Origin: Methanothrix sp.
GTDB taxonomy: Archaea > Halobacteriota > Methanosarcinia > Methanotrichales > Methanotrichaceae
DNA length: 64,000 nt
Assembly (NCBI GenBank): GCA_963682135.1
Contig: OY821645.1
Location: 128,001 to 192,000 of the forward strand
Direction of reading: 5' to 3'
In this document: piece after piece, positions 49,433 through 60,481 of the stretch
Numbering within the stretch: position 1 is the first letter of the stretch
How the letters are laid out: the number at the start of each line of letters is the position of its first letter
Translations under genes and position numbers: made by a program
The notes under the pieces: model-generated
The model's input: only the letters and a program-made list of their open reading frames with translations
Databases searched by the model: none
Told to the model about the DNA's origin: nothing

Positions 49433-50595
49433 TCTTCCAGGACGTAGTGTTGGTTCGCTACGGGGAGATCACACTAAAAGATAGCTGGACCAGACAGAAC
49501 TGGGAACGCATTTTAGCAGGCAATATAGCTTTTTCCTTGCATAGAGCCGGGGTAGAGCATAAGATAGAGAGGGGCGAGGGCAGGATCTTCGTCCATACCT
49601 CTGATCCCCAGGCAAGCGAGATTGTGGCAAGGGTTTTTGGTGTAGTCTCCACCAGCCCCGCCGTGACAGTAGCCTCTGATCTGGAGCAGATAAGCCGGGC
49701 GGCGGTAGAGCTGGCAGGCCACGCTAAACCCAGCACTTTTGCCATCCGGCCCAGGCGTTCCGGGGTCTCATTCACAAGCGAAATGATAGGACGGGTGGTG
49801 GGGGAAGCTGTTAGAGTGGCAACGCTCTCCACGGTGGACCTGGATAAGCCAAAACTGGAGATATTCGTTGAGGCTCGGAAGAATCGGACCTTCGTCTTCA
49901 GCAAGGTGATAAAAGGCGTGGGCGGCCTGCCCCTGGGTTCACAGGGCAAGATGCTGGTGCTTATTTCCGGAGGCATTGACTCGCCTGTGGCTGCTTGGAT
50001 GATGATGAAGAGGGGCTGTCCGGTCACACTCCTGCATTTCGACTCGCGGCCCTATGCCGATGCCATAGACCAGTCCATGAAATGCGCAAAGGTTCTGGCA
50101 GACTGGACTACCGGTCGAAAGATAGATTTTATCACCATTCCCATCAGCCGGGGAATTGAGAAGATAGCATCTCACTATCCAAGAGCAACCTGCGTTCTCT
50201 GCCGGCGTTTGATGTACCGCATAGCTACAGAGGTCATGCAGATGCAGGGGTGCCTGGGCATTGTCACCGGCTATTCCATGGGTCAGGTGGCCTCACAGAC
50301 GGCAGATAACATTATGGCTGAGCAGGCGGCGCTTGGAGTTCCCGTATTTCATCCACTTATCTCTCTGGATAAAACAGAGATCACGGACCTGGCCAGAAAA
50401 ATAGGTACCTACGGTATTGCCGCAGAGACCAAATCCTGCACTGCCGTGCCGATCAAGCCCATGACAAGGGCCAAGAAGGACGAGATACTCCAGGCAGAAG
50501 AAGAGCTGGGGCTGAAGGAAATAGCCAGGGTACTGGTCAATGAGATGACGCTGACCAGAATAGGATATCTAGAGCAACCGGAGACGATGGTTTGA
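49429..50595 (+). CDS. thiI: tRNA 4-thiouridine synthase ThiI
   Basis: VRYGEITLK, THUMP domain, LISGGIDSPVA, GQVASQT. Confidence 0.95.
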   Translation: MIFQDVVLVRYGEITLKDSWTRQNWERILAGNIAFSLHRAGVEHKIERGEGRIFVHTSDPQASEIVARVFGVVSTSPAVTVASDLEQISRAAVELAGHAKPSTFAIRPRRSGVSFTSEMIGRVVGEAVRVATLSTVDLDKPKLEIFVEARKNRTFVFSKVIKGVGGLPLGSQGKMLVLISGGIDSPVAAWMMMKRGCPVTLLHFDSRPYADAIDQSMKCAKVLADWTTGRKIDFITIPISRGIEKIASHYPRATCVLCRRLMYRIATEVMQMQGCLGIVTGYSMGQVASQTADNIMAEQAALGVPVFHPLISLDKTEITDLARKIGTYGIAAETKSCTAVPIKPMTRAKKDEILQAEEELGLKEIARVLVNEMTLTRIGYLEQPETMV

Positions 50596-51128
50596 AAGAA
50601 GAATTCGAGAGGAAAACCTTTGAGGAAAAGGTATCCTATTTTATAGAAAACCTGAGAAAATTGCCTGACGAATTGGCAAAAGAAGGCGTAGAGATACTGG
50701 CAAAAGCAGGCGAGATGGAGTATGCCGTCGTTTTAGCTAGAGACAAAGGAATGACCGATAAGGCCATCGCCATCCTGACAGATGAGGGAGACTTTCTTTG
50801 GGCGGCATTGATTGCCAAAAACGCAGGCCAAGAATCTCTTTGCGAGAGGCTCTACAGAGATGGCCTGCAGTATTACATCGAGATGGAGATGTTCGGAAGG
50901 GCCATTTCTGCGGCAACTGCCCTGGGCATGTCTCAATATGAGATAGATGATCTCTATCGAAGGGGCGTTGCCAAAGAGAGTCAGGGTGTCGACCTTGCTC
51001 ACAGCAGAGATATGATCGATTGTGCTATGCAATCACTGGATATGTCGATTATTGGCAGGGACGACGAGCTATCCCGACAGGTTATGCAGGCCGTGCGTGA
51101 GGAACGAGAAAGAAACGTAAAACAGTGA
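50592..51128 (+). CDS. Conserved helical hypothetical protein
   Basis: 178-aa ORF overlapping the thiI stop. Confidence 0.8.
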   Translation: MKEEFERKTFEEKVSYFIENLRKLPDELAKEGVEILAKAGEMEYAVVLARDKGMTDKAIAILTDEGDFLWAALIAKNAGQESLCERLYRDGLQYYIEMEMFGRAISAATALGMSQYEIDDLYRRGVAKESQGVDLAHSRDMIDCAMQSLDMSIIGRDDELSRQVMQAVREERERNVKQ

Positions 51129-51150
51129 TTCGCGCACAATCATCGAGCTT

Positions 51151-52068
51151 TTACTCATCTTTCAGGTAGATTTCCAGGGACATCAGATCCTCTGCCACAA
51201 TAGTCCTCTCGAAGATGGATTTTGCCTCTCTTAGAAGCTGGGAGGTATCCTCAGAATAACGGGAGCTGATATGAGTAAGAACGAGCTGACCCACATCTGC
51301 ATTTTTAGCGACTAAAGCTGCCTCTGCCGCAGTGCTGTGCTTCGTCTCTTTAGCCCAATCCGCCATATCATTTGCCAGAGCGCAGTCATGGATGAGCAGA
51401 TCAGCTCCCCTGCCGGCCAGCTCAACGGATTTGCAGGGCCGTGTGTCTCCCGTGTAGACGATCTTTCTGCCCGGTCGGGCTGGGCCCATAACCTGATGGG
51501 GCTCTATCTTTTTACCGTCGATCTCTATTTCCTGGCCATGCTGCAGCTTTCCGAAGAGCGGTCCGGGCGGTATGCCCAGGGAAGTGGCCGCATCGCGGTT
51601 GAATCGACCAAGGCGCGCGTCTTCCTCCAGAGAGTAGCCCAGGCTGGGGACGCTATGATGAGTTGAGATGGCCCTTACCTGGCAGCCTTTCATCTTCAGC
51701 ACGTCTCCCGGCTCAAGTTCGATCGCCTGGACATTAAAGTTGCGAGAGAAGTAGCAGACTGACTTGAAGCTCTCCACCAGATGCTTGGTATGAATGGGAC
51801 CGACAACAATTATTGGATTTCTTCGTCCCTGGAAGGCCAAAGTCTCCAATAGGCCGGGAATGCCCAAGATATGGTCGGCGTGTAGATGAGTTAAGAAGAT
51901 GTAATTTAAACGCATCATACCTGTTCTCGCCCGCATCATCTGTCTTTGCGTACCCTCTGCGCAGTCGAAGAGCATCATCTCTCCCTCGCGGTTGATGAGG
52001 ATGGCCGAAGGATTTCTCTCCGGCGTAGGAAGCGATCCGGCAGTTCCCAGGAAGGTCACATTTAGCAT
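51151..52068 (-). CDS. rnz: Ribonuclease Z
   Basis: FLGT, DCAEGTQ, THLHADH, GIPPGP, YTGDT, LTHISSRY. Confidence 0.96.
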   Translation of the reverse strand: MLNVTFLGTAGSLPTPERNPSAILINREGEMMLFDCAEGTQRQMMRARTGMMRLNYIFLTHLHADHILGIPGLLETLAFQGRRNPIIVVGPIHTKHLVESFKSVCYFSRNFNVQAIELEPGDVLKMKGCQVRAISTHHSVPSLGYSLEEDARLGRFNRDAATSLGIPPGPLFGKLQHGQEIEIDGKKIEPHQVMGPARPGRKIVYTGDTRPCKSVELAGRGADLLIHDCALANDMADWAKETKHSTAAEAALVAKNADVGQLVLTHISSRYSEDTSQLLREAKSIFERTIVAEDLMSLEIYLKDE

Positions 52069-52410
52069 CTTTCGGCCTCTTTAAAACTCTCCGGGGAGAG
52101 ACACATGTTTTCCCATATCATCTTTTGCATGCAAACCTTTATCTGATAAAGAGACGGCACATCTGTTGGTGTAGGAAATGGACGTTATTACTATTGTCGA
52201 GTGGCTCCAGGGCCTGCTGATACTGGCAATCTTCCTGGGAATCATGGCAACAAGCTTCAAGGTCTGGCGCTGGAATTACGCAACGCCGCCCAGATAGAGC
52301 GAAAGCATAAAACGAATCTATCATTTGTTTTATTTTCCATTTTTGCGACAATAGCGGGCGGTTAACGCCAGGAATATCGATTTATCCAAAAAATGAGAGT
52401 TTTGCCCCCC

Positions 52411-53298
52411 TCACACCCAGAATGTGGGAGGAGCACTTCCGATTGGTGTCCCAACAACCGGCCTTGCAGCCGACACCAGGCCGGTAGTCGCTTGAACAGA
52501 GGTCTGCGTGAAGACATATCCCTGAAATTCTGCATTGACGAGATAAAACCCCGTGGCTACATCAAGGGCATAATACCCAGCGAGGTCCGTCATCGTCGAG
52601 AACTTTCCGCCCTCGTTATTGGATACTATTACCTTAACATTGGGCATGCCCAGACCGCCCTGATCCTGCACTCTTCCCGTCAGACTAAAAGATGTGGGAT
52701 AGCTTCCCGAGCCGACCATGATGGATAGATTATTGCTGGCAAATCCAGCTGATACAAAGCGATAGATGTGCGCACCGAGATAATTTGCATAAGCGCCGTT
52801 TATCCTATACCAACCAGGTGTGACATAACCCTGGTTTAGGATTTGGCGGTTATAATCCAAAAGCGAGAAGCTGCCCTTCCCGTTTATTCGGGCCCAGAGC
52901 ACATATTGCTCGCCCAAAGAGACTGTTCCCTGCGTTAAGAGGTACTTACCCCTTTGCAGGAAAAGCCCATTGACTAGCTTCTTGTCGCCATCGACAACCA
53001 GTCCCTCAATTGCCGGATTTGCAGGCTCAAGCAGCAAGCTGAATGCGCTCAATCCCTGCCCAAAGGGGTCCAACTCCAAGCTTTGGGCGCCGGATGAACT
53101 TAAGTAGTCCGGCATTATCGTACTTGCCTGATCTCCACTCGACACCGGAGTGCCCATCCAATCGTAGCCGCTCTGATCATACGATTTCGAGCCGCCCATG
53201 CCCTGTGAAGCAGACAATCCCACCAGGAGCAGAGCAAATATCAGTCCTGCGATGATAAATATAACTTTACCCATACCGAATTTCCTCCCTGCTTCCAT
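52411..53298 (-). CDS. Secreted protein with a C-terminal carboxypeptidase-regulatory-like (CnaB) domain
   Basis: Signal peptide; LTGRVQD..G.GMPNV.V..TDLAGYY. Confidence 0.82.
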   Translation of the reverse strand: MEAGRKFGMGKVIFIIAGLIFALLLVGLSASQGMGGSKSYDQSGYDWMGTPVSSGDQASTIMPDYLSSSGAQSLELDPFGQGLSAFSLLLEPANPAIEGLVVDGDKKLVNGLFLQRGKYLLTQGTVSLGEQYVLWARINGKGSFSLLDYNRQILNQGYVTPGWYRINGAYANYLGAHIYRFVSAGFASNNLSIMVGSGSYPTSFSLTGRVQDQGGLGMPNVKVIVSNNEGGKFSTMTDLAGYYALDVATGFYLVNAEFQGYVFTQTSVQATTGLVSAARPVVGTPIGSAPPTFWV

Positions 53299-53312
53299 AA
53301 GACGCAGAGCAC

Positions 53313-54686
53313 GTGAACTACCGCGTCCTGAAGGGCGCGGCTTCCCACTTCATCGCCAATACTTGCATCACTGTTATGTGATGTAGCGGTTTTAGTTCTA
53401 TGGGCGCTACGGGCTGTTCCATCCCTGTGAGGAGTATGTTCCTGGAAGCATTGTAGTCTCGATCACACGAGAATCCGCAATAATGGCACTCATGTGCTCG
53501 TACCGACAGATCTTTCTTTACGATGCTTCCACAAGCAGAACACCGTTGAGTAGTGTTCCTGGGATCCACTTTTATCAGCTTTCGACCAGCACTTTGAGCC
53601 TTGTACGAAAGCATGAATATGAATTTAGACCAGGATGCATCATGAATACTGCGATGCATACCGTTATTATGGCCTTTCTCTTTCAGACCTATAACATCAA
53701 GATCCTCAACACAAATGATATCAAAGTTATTGACATATGTCCTAGATAACTTATGCAGGAAATCGTCTCGCAGGCAGTTGATTCTCTTATGCAGCTTAAC
53801 GATTTTATCCTTGAGGAACTTATAATTATTCGACCCCCGCACTGCTCTGGCTAGACTTCGTTGCAGTCTTGCCAGTTTATCAGCAGATTGCTCGCCACAT
53901 CTTGGATTCTCTATCTCGTTGCCCTCAGAATCAACCACGAAAGAAGTCAAACCGACATCCAGACCTACTGCTCCCTCTGTTTCTGGTAACGGCTGTGGTT
54001 CCTGATCGGCCTGGACTATGGCGAACCATCGATTGCATTCTCTCTTTATTATAACGGCTTTGATGCAACCTTCGATCTTTCGATAGATCTTAATCCGCAT
54101 ATCTCCGATCTTGGAGAGATGCAGTATGCCGTGATCTTGATCGATTTTGAAGCCTGATTGGTTGTAATTTAGAGTGTTATACCAGCCATATCCTTTGAAA
54201 CGGACATGACCGATATTTCGACCATTCAACTTGGACGCTGCAAGTCCCTTGAAATTAGACCAAAGAGTATAATTCACCATCTGGAGAACTTTGGAATAGA
54301 CCAGATTCAGCTTCGAATTCTCAAGCTTCAGAGATGGAATCATATTCTGAGTATCATAGGTCTTGAGCTTGATGCCTTTCTCTTTAGCATCATTCAGATC
54401 TTCGAGAAGCCGATTATAGAGCCACCTGCAAGCATCCAAATTCTCGGCTAACTTCCATTGAGTCATCTTGTTTGGGAAGATGGGATACTTGTAGCTGATC
54501 ATCATACGAATACTGATATGCATGCCTATTATTTATATAGGTTGAGGGCGACGCGAAAGTAATCATGGCAAAGGGCTCCGCTTTCATCCGTTGCGACTGC
54601 ATCGCAACTCCCGCAAACTCTGCGGAGTTAGCGAGATCACCCAGAAGGAGGGGGACTTCCCGCTCCGCCCTTCGCAATCCTACAAG
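53313..54686 (-). mobile_element. IS200/IS605-family (IS1341-like, tnpB-only) element
   Basis: Right-end hairpin ccgcgcccttcaggacgcgg followed by TTCAC; structured left end next to TTTAA; left boundary approximate. Confidence 0.8.
53318..54523 (-). CDS. tnpB: RNA-guided endonuclease TnpB
   Basis: RuvC motifs GLDVG / VEDL / DRDYNAS; Zn finger CSAC..CHYC. Confidence 0.96.
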   Translation of the reverse strand: MHISIRMMISYKYPIFPNKMTQWKLAENLDACRWLYNRLLEDLNDAKEKGIKLKTYDTQNMIPSLKLENSKLNLVYSKVLQMVNYTLWSNFKGLAASKLNGRNIGHVRFKGYGWYNTLNYNQSGFKIDQDHGILHLSKIGDMRIKIYRKIEGCIKAVIIKRECNRWFAIVQADQEPQPLPETEGAVGLDVGLTSFVVDSEGNEIENPRCGEQSADKLARLQRSLARAVRGSNNYKFLKDKIVKLHKRINCLRDDFLHKLSRTYVNNFDIICVEDLDVIGLKEKGHNNGMHRSIHDASWSKFIFMLSYKAQSAGRKLIKVDPRNTTQRCSACGSIVKKDLSVRAHECHYCGFSCDRDYNASRNILLTGMEQPVAPIELKPLHHITVMQVLAMKWEAAPFRTR

Positions 54687-54734
54687 TTAAATGTTCTGTA
54701 CTTTCGTGATTCGAACGATGCGATCGTGATCACA

Positions 54735-54742
54735 TTTATAAA
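54735..54742 (+). promoter_or_regulatory. Putative TATA box of the S-layer gene
   Basis: TTTATAAA ~60 nt upstream of the ATG; GGAGG RBS. Confidence 0.45.
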
Positions 54743-54801
54743 TGAAAACTGCATCCTTGCACAGTAGATAGCTTATAACAATTATTCATTGGAGGAGATC
54801 T

Positions 54802-57800
54802 ATGGATCATGTCAGGGTCGGTGGAGTCTGTCTGCTTCTCATAATAATAGCTGCGGCTCTGCCAATTAATGTATTGGCGCAAACCCCTTCACAGAACGAT
54901 AATGCAGCGGACGGGACTGCCCCAATCATAAGCCAGAGCTTGCTTTCTAAGAGCACACAGGGAGAGACGATATCTGCAGAAAAGCTGGCCAAGCGTAATA
55001 CTGGACTTAAGCCGCTGGCATCTTCCGGGCAGGCTGCAAAATCTGAAACCTCAGCAGCCCCAGAAGAGGCTGCAAACACCGCCCCTTCTGCCCCGCAGAG
55101 CGATGCAAAACAAGAAACCGCGAACCAGGAGCCTGCCCAGGATGCGACGACAACGCCGGATATGATCCCGAAAGAAGCATCTGTAGAACCATCCGCGATA
55201 TCAAATGACGCAGCTACATCGGATCAAACCGCAGAGGCTGCAACAGAGACGACTATTGCTCCTCCTGATGATGTAGCTTTGGGAACGACAGTCTCGCCGG
55301 ACGCGACAGCAACCAGCATTACCGACTCACAAAATGCATCTCAGTCCAATGCGGAAAATGCATCTCAGACCGAAACAGAAATTGTGTCCAATAACGTTTC
55401 TCTGAATGAATCGGAAAATTCTACTGAAGAAGTGGCTGCGGTGGCAGTTGAAGAGACTGATGAGACTGATGAGCCGGCAGATCGTATCTGGCGAGAAGGG
55501 ATCAGCTCAGATAAGTACACCTGGGATTACAGAAGCTTCTCCGGCTTCTTCTACGACATGAAGAATAATGTCGGCACAGAGAAGCTTACCGTCGATCTGC
55601 AGGGCAACGACAGGTCCATTGATTCCGGCAATCTGGTATACAGCACAACTGCTGAGAAAATGGATTTCGAGTTTGGCGATTGGGGAGAATATCAGGTCAT
55701 CGGCTTTATGGCTGAGAAGTACTTTGCCGGATATCTGGAAGGAGACGGCGAGATCTTCGACAATGATGTCAGCCTCATCAATGACGGCCAGCTCCGGCGG
55801 GTGCTGGTAGATAGCGATGATGAGAGCACCATCACCACCGGATCGGTCCTCACATTGGAAGAGGGATATGAGCTGCGCATCAAGCAGATCGACATTGACG
55901 GGAATAAAGTATATCTCGGTCTGGCCAAGGATGGAGAGGAGATCGACAGCAAGGTCGTCTCTCCTGATAGCAGCTTGAAGAGCGCCACTTATTTGTATAA
56001 AGTGGAGATCTCCGGAGAGGACCAGCCGATCATCATGGCCCATATCTCCAATGTCTTTGCCAGCACCGAATCCGATCTGGTCACCGTAGACGGCATCTTC
56101 CAGATATCCGATACATACAATTCAGTTGAAAGCGGCGATGAATACGGCAAGATGCAGGTGAACAGTCTCTCTGATACAGGTCTTGAGATGGATAACGATA
56201 ACACCATCTCTCTGAGAAAGGGAGGCACTGCTGAGATCTTTGGTGATGTTGGATTTATAGTGGCAGATTCTGATGAGCTGCGTTTCGCACCAATCGTCGA
56301 GAGATCCGGACCTCAAGAAGTGAGGGGAACAGTGATAAATCCGTCAGAAGTTAAAGAATTTACCTGGACGGTTTATAACTTCGAGGGCTTCTATTACGAT
56401 ATAGATGATGATGTGGGAACTGAGGAGCTTACTGCCAGGATAACAGGCGGTAGCAAGATCGAAGAGGGTGATCTGCTCTATTCCACAAGCCCGGCACCGG
56501 TTGAATTCGAATTTGCGTCCTGGGGCAAGTACGATGTCGTCGGTTTTATGGCCGACAAATACTTCGCAGGATTCAATAACGAAACCAAGTTCACAGACGA
56601 AGTCAGCGCCATCAATGAAGGGCAGCTTAGAAAGATCTTGATTGATGACGACGACAGCCGGACCATTGCCAGCGGATCGGTTCTATCTCTGGAAGAGGGA
56701 TATGAACTGCGCATCAAGCAGGTGGACCTCAATGGAAACAAGGTCTATCTTGCTCTGGCCAGAGACGGTGAAGAGGTGGACAGCAAGGTGGTGACGCCTT
56801 CATCCAGTCCGGAGGACAAGGCCTCCAACTACATGTACAAGGTAGACATAGGTTCTGAGAAAGATGTACCGATAATCATCGTACATGTCGAGAGCGTCTT
56901 TAGGAGCACAGAGTCGGATCTGGCTACTGTAGACGGCATCTTCCAGGTATCCGATAGCCCGGAGTCTGTGGAAGAGGGTGAGATACACGGCAGGATGAAG
57001 GTGGAGACGCTGGGCGATGACGGCATCACCATGAAAAATGACGGCTCAATCAGCTTAGGCAGGGACAAGACCATTGAGATCATGGAAAACCTGAAGTTCA
57101 GGGTTGCCGACAGCAGTGATAGGCTGATGGCGCCTATTGCCATCAAGCCGGGAGAAGGGAGCGACATGACACTTAGCGTTCCTGCGGCGATTGTGAACAC
57201 GCCGGTTATCATCAGCGTCAAATCGGGCACATCCGCCATTTCCGGAGTTCAGTTCCTGATTAACGGCAGCAGCGCCGGAACTGCTGATGCTACTGGTTCT
57301 TTTACCTACACACCAGCATCAGTAGGAACCTTCCCGATTGTTGCCAAGAAGACGGGATACAATGACGCTAAGGCTGATTTGGTAGTAAAGACGGCAGCCG
57401 AGGCCGCCAGAGTGTCTGCATTCGAGAAGGCCAATGCAACGCTTGCCAACCAGCTCACCATCAATGCGCCGGCTGAGGTAATCAAAGGAGAGAACTTCCT
57501 GATAACGGTTGTCGAGGGCATCAACCAGACGCCTGTGGATGCAGCATCCCTGTTCCTGGATGAAGAGAGCATCGGCAGCACCAGCGCCCAGGGAACGATG
57601 ACCTATTCCGCAACTGTCACGGGCGATCATACCTTGAAGGCAGAGAAAGAGGGCTTTAATTCCACTACCAAGAAGATCATGATAACCTCGTCTCTAAGGG
57701 TTGTCAATCTGACTGTACCGGAAAAGGCCAACGCAGGCAGCGAGATCAAGATCTCTGCCATTGTAGAGAACGCTGGCAGCAATGAAGACACCCGCTTGCT

Positions 57801-58089
57801 GGAGCTGAAGGCCAACGAAACGGTTGTAGACTCCCAGAATGCGACAGTTAAAGGTGGCGAGAACACCACGGTCAGCTTCAGCTACAAGCCCGTAGACCCG
57901 GGATTGACCAGAATCAGCCTGGATGAGCAGAGCAAGACGGTAAATGTGGAGAAGGCTGGGAGCAAAAACTGGATCATTGCCTTGATCCTGGTGCTGCTCA
58001 TAGCCATAGGGGCAGGTTACTATCTCTACTCTACAGGAGAGCTGGACGGTTTGCAAAGGCAGGTTAAGAGGATGATGCAAGGGCGATAG
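54802..58089 (+). CDS. S-layer family protein (two DUF1608-like repeats, Ig/CARDB-like domains, C-terminal TM anchor)
   Basis: Signal peptide; two F.GF.YD...FEF..WG.Y.V.GFMA.KYFAG repeats; C-terminal hydrophobic helix. Confidence 0.93.
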   Translation: MDHVRVGGVCLLLIIIAAALPINVLAQTPSQNDNAADGTAPIISQSLLSKSTQGETISAEKLAKRNTGLKPLASSGQAAKSETSAAPEEAANTAPSAPQSDAKQETANQEPAQDATTTPDMIPKEASVEPSAISNDAATSDQTAEAATETTIAPPDDVALGTTVSPDATATSITDSQNASQSNAENASQTETEIVSNNVSLNESENSTEEVAAVAVEETDETDEPADRIWREGISSDKYTWDYRSFSGFFYDMKNNVGTEKLTVDLQGNDRSIDSGNLVYSTTAEKMDFEFGDWGEYQVIGFMAEKYFAGYLEGDGEIFDNDVSLINDGQLRRVLVDSDDESTITTGSVLTLEEGYELRIKQIDIDGNKVYLGLAKDGEEIDSKVVSPDSSLKSATYLYKVEISGEDQPIIMAHISNVFASTESDLVTVDGIFQISDTYNSVESGDEYGKMQVNSLSDTGLEMDNDNTISLRKGGTAEIFGDVGFIVADSDELRFAPIVERSGPQEVRGTVINPSEVKEFTWTVYNFEGFYYDIDDDVGTEELTARITGGSKIEEGDLLYSTSPAPVEFEFASWGKYDVVGFMADKYFAGFNNETKFTDEVSAINEGQLRKILIDDDDSRTIASGSVLSLEEGYELRIKQVDLNGNKVYLALARDGEEVDSKVVTPSSSPEDKASNYMYKVDIGSEKDVPIIIVHVESVFRSTESDLATVDGIFQVSDSPESVEEGEIHGRMKVETLGDDGITMKNDGSISLGRDKTIEIMENLKFRVADSSDRLMAPIAIKPGEGSDMTLSVPAAIVNTPVIISVKSGTSAISGVQFLINGSSAGTADATGSFTYTPASVGTFPIVAKKTGYNDAKADLVVKTAAEAARVSAFEKANATLANQLTINAPAEVIKGENFLITVVEGINQTPVDAASLFLDEESIGSTSAQGTMTYSATVTGDHTLKAEKEGFNSTTKKIMITSSLRVVNLTVPEKANAGSEIKISAIVENAGSNEDTRLLELKANETVVDSQNATVKGGENTTVSFSYKPVDPGLTRISLDEQSKTVNVEKAGSKNWIIALILVLLIAIGAGYYLYSTGELDGLQRQVKRMMQGR

Positions 58090-58268
58090 GCAGAGTCGCC
58101 CTTGGATTTTCTTTCTTTTTTAAAAAATGCATTTTCATTTTTTCCAGTCTACACTTGTCGATAATCCTCACCGGTTTTTTTGACAGCATGGGAATTATTG
58201 ATATACCCTGACGTTTTCTCTCATGGCACAGTATAGCATAGATAGAGCAAATTAAATTTCACCAAGGT

Positions 58269-59606
58269 ATGGAAATGAACTACTGGCAACCGAAATTGGA
58301 GCTCATGGAGAGAAAAGAGCTGGAAGAGCTGCAACTGCAGCGTCTCAAGACCGTTGTAGAGAAGGTTTACAAGAACGTTCCCTTTTACCAGAACAAATTC
58401 AAGCAGGCGGGCATCACCCCCCAGGACATCAAGAGCCTCAAGGACCTGACGAAGCTGCCCACTACCAGAAAGCAGGACTTGCGGGACAACTATCCCTTCG
58501 GCCTCTTTGCCGTCCCGCGAGAGGAGGTAGTGCGGGTACATGCCTCTTCCGGCACTACCGGCAAGCCCACCGTGGTAGGCTACACCGCCAAGGATATTGA
58601 GAACTGGTCGGACCTCATGGCTCGAGACTTTGTGATGGTCGGAGTCAAGAAAGGTGATATCTTCCAGAACGCGGTAAACTACGGCTTTTTCACAGGCGGT
58701 CTGGGTGTGCATTACGGAATCGAGCGCATGGGGGCCATGGCTGTGCCCTCCGGCGTGGGCAACACGGAACGCCAGCTCGAGATCATGATGGATTTTGCTG
58801 TGACCGTACTGCACTGCACCCCATCTTACGCGCTTTATCTGGCAGAGACTGCCAAGGCCAAGGGCGTGGTGGACAAGCTAAAGCTGCGCATCGGCTGCTT
58901 TGGAGCCGAGCCCTGGTCGGACGAATCGAGAAAGGAGCTGGAAGATGCACTGCACATCAAAGCCTATGACTCATACGGCCTCTCGGAGATGATGGGTCCA
59001 GGAGTGGCTTTTGAGTGCCAGGAGCAGAACGGATTGCACATCTGGGAGGACCACTTTCTCATCGAGATTCTGGATAAGAATGAGCAGTCCTGCGCGCCGG
59101 GAGAGCCGGGCGAGCTGGTCATAACTTCGCTTACCAAAGAGGCCATGCCCCTCATCAGATACCACACCGGGGATGTGACCTACATCATGGAAGAGAAGTG
59201 CAGCTGCGGGCGCACCAGCCGAAAGCTGCACAGGTTCCTGGGCCGGGCGGATGACATGCTCATTGTGCGCGGCATCAACGTCTTCCCCAGTCAAATTGAG
59301 GATGTGCTGGTCAGCATCCCTGAGATTGGCAACTACTTCCAGGTGGTCGTGGACAGAAAGAAGCACGGACTCGATGAGATCAGCATTCAGGTTGAACTTA
59401 AGGAAGAGGCCTTCACCGGCGAACTCTCCGACCTGGCAAAGATTAGGAAGAAGGCTGAAGATAAGCTGAAGTCCGTACTGAATGTGAGAAGCAAGATCGA
59501 GCTGGTGGAGATGGGCTCCATTCCCAGAACGGCCGGAAAGTCAAAGAAGGTCGTGGATATGAGGGATGTTTACGCCAAGGACGAGAAAGCGGTGAAAAAA
59601 AGCTGA
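58269..59606 (+). CDS. paaK: Phenylacetate-CoA ligase
   Basis: HASSGTTGKPT, YGLSE, WEDHF, GRADDMLIVRGINVFP. Confidence 0.93.
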   Translation: MEMNYWQPKLELMERKELEELQLQRLKTVVEKVYKNVPFYQNKFKQAGITPQDIKSLKDLTKLPTTRKQDLRDNYPFGLFAVPREEVVRVHASSGTTGKPTVVGYTAKDIENWSDLMARDFVMVGVKKGDIFQNAVNYGFFTGGLGVHYGIERMGAMAVPSGVGNTERQLEIMMDFAVTVLHCTPSYALYLAETAKAKGVVDKLKLRIGCFGAEPWSDESRKELEDALHIKAYDSYGLSEMMGPGVAFECQEQNGLHIWEDHFLIEILDKNEQSCAPGEPGELVITSLTKEAMPLIRYHTGDVTYIMEEKCSCGRTSRKLHRFLGRADDMLIVRGINVFPSQIEDVLVSIPEIGNYFQVVVDRKKHGLDEISIQVELKEEAFTGELSDLAKIRKKAEDKLKSVLNVRSKIELVEMGSIPRTAGKSKKVVDMRDVYAKDEKAVKKS

Positions 59607-59671
59607 AAGATCGGACGGCGGCTGTAGTATTCCCTCTGCAGCCTTTTAATTTCCTTTTAATATTTATTACT

Positions 59672-60205
59672 CTACCTGGTTACCTTGCTGATGAGGTCCT
59701 GTCCGATGACTGCGCTCTCATCAACTGCAGATAGCAGCTCGTCATGGATGGAGCTTTGTGAGTAGTAAAGCGTCACCAGCACACCTGCCTCTTTTGCCGC
59801 CTCAATGGCCGGCAGGAAATCGCTGTCTCCAGTGACGATAACCGCCTTGCGGATCATTCTGCCGCAACTCAGTCGCACCAGATCAACAGCCAATGCGATG
59901 TCCACCCTCTTTTGGATAAACTCACCACCCACACACCCCAGGCGCCCAAGTTTTACTTCAAATCTGGGCAGCTTTCTTAATGTATAGACGAACTTATCCA
60001 TAGAGGCAAACCTGCGACGCTCGTCCTCAGTTGGAGGGCAACTCTGGTAAGGCATGCAATTGTAGTAATAGGTCCTCAGCCGCTCATAATCGCCACAAAG
60101 AATATCCGAAAATCCAGCCAAGTCAATCTTGGGTTTGCCAAAATCGACATCAAGAATCTTAGTTAAATAAGCTCCATCAATGAATACCGCTGCACGGTCA
60201 GACAA
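59672..60205 (-). CDS. NYN/LabA-domain protein
   Basis: VFIDGAY, QKRVDIALAVD, VTGDSDF. Confidence 0.93.
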   Translation of the reverse strand: MSDRAAVFIDGAYLTKILDVDFGKPKIDLAGFSDILCGDYERLRTYYYNCMPYQSCPPTEDERRRFASMDKFVYTLRKLPRFEVKLGRLGCVGGEFIQKRVDIALAVDLVRLSCGRMIRKAVIVTGDSDFLPAIEAAKEAGVLVTLYYSQSSIHDELLSAVDESAVIGQDLISKVTR

Positions 60206-60481
60206 GATAGTTTCCCACCTTAATTTATAATTACTGCCGTCCCCTCCGAACGGCAGTGGACATTATCTTCTTGTGTCCACTCATTCAATGATATATCTAA
60301 TTTGCGATCAGCACAAATCCTACCCACCCAAAAGCCAATTATCCGATGACCGACTATAAAAATGTGTGGTACATTGCTGCCGAATGCATTCCGTTCTCGG
60401 CCAAACATCCGGGTTTGTGCAACGAAACGGACTGAACCGTGACAGCTTCCTCCTTGGTAAGCCTTTTCTCCTACCGTTTTC

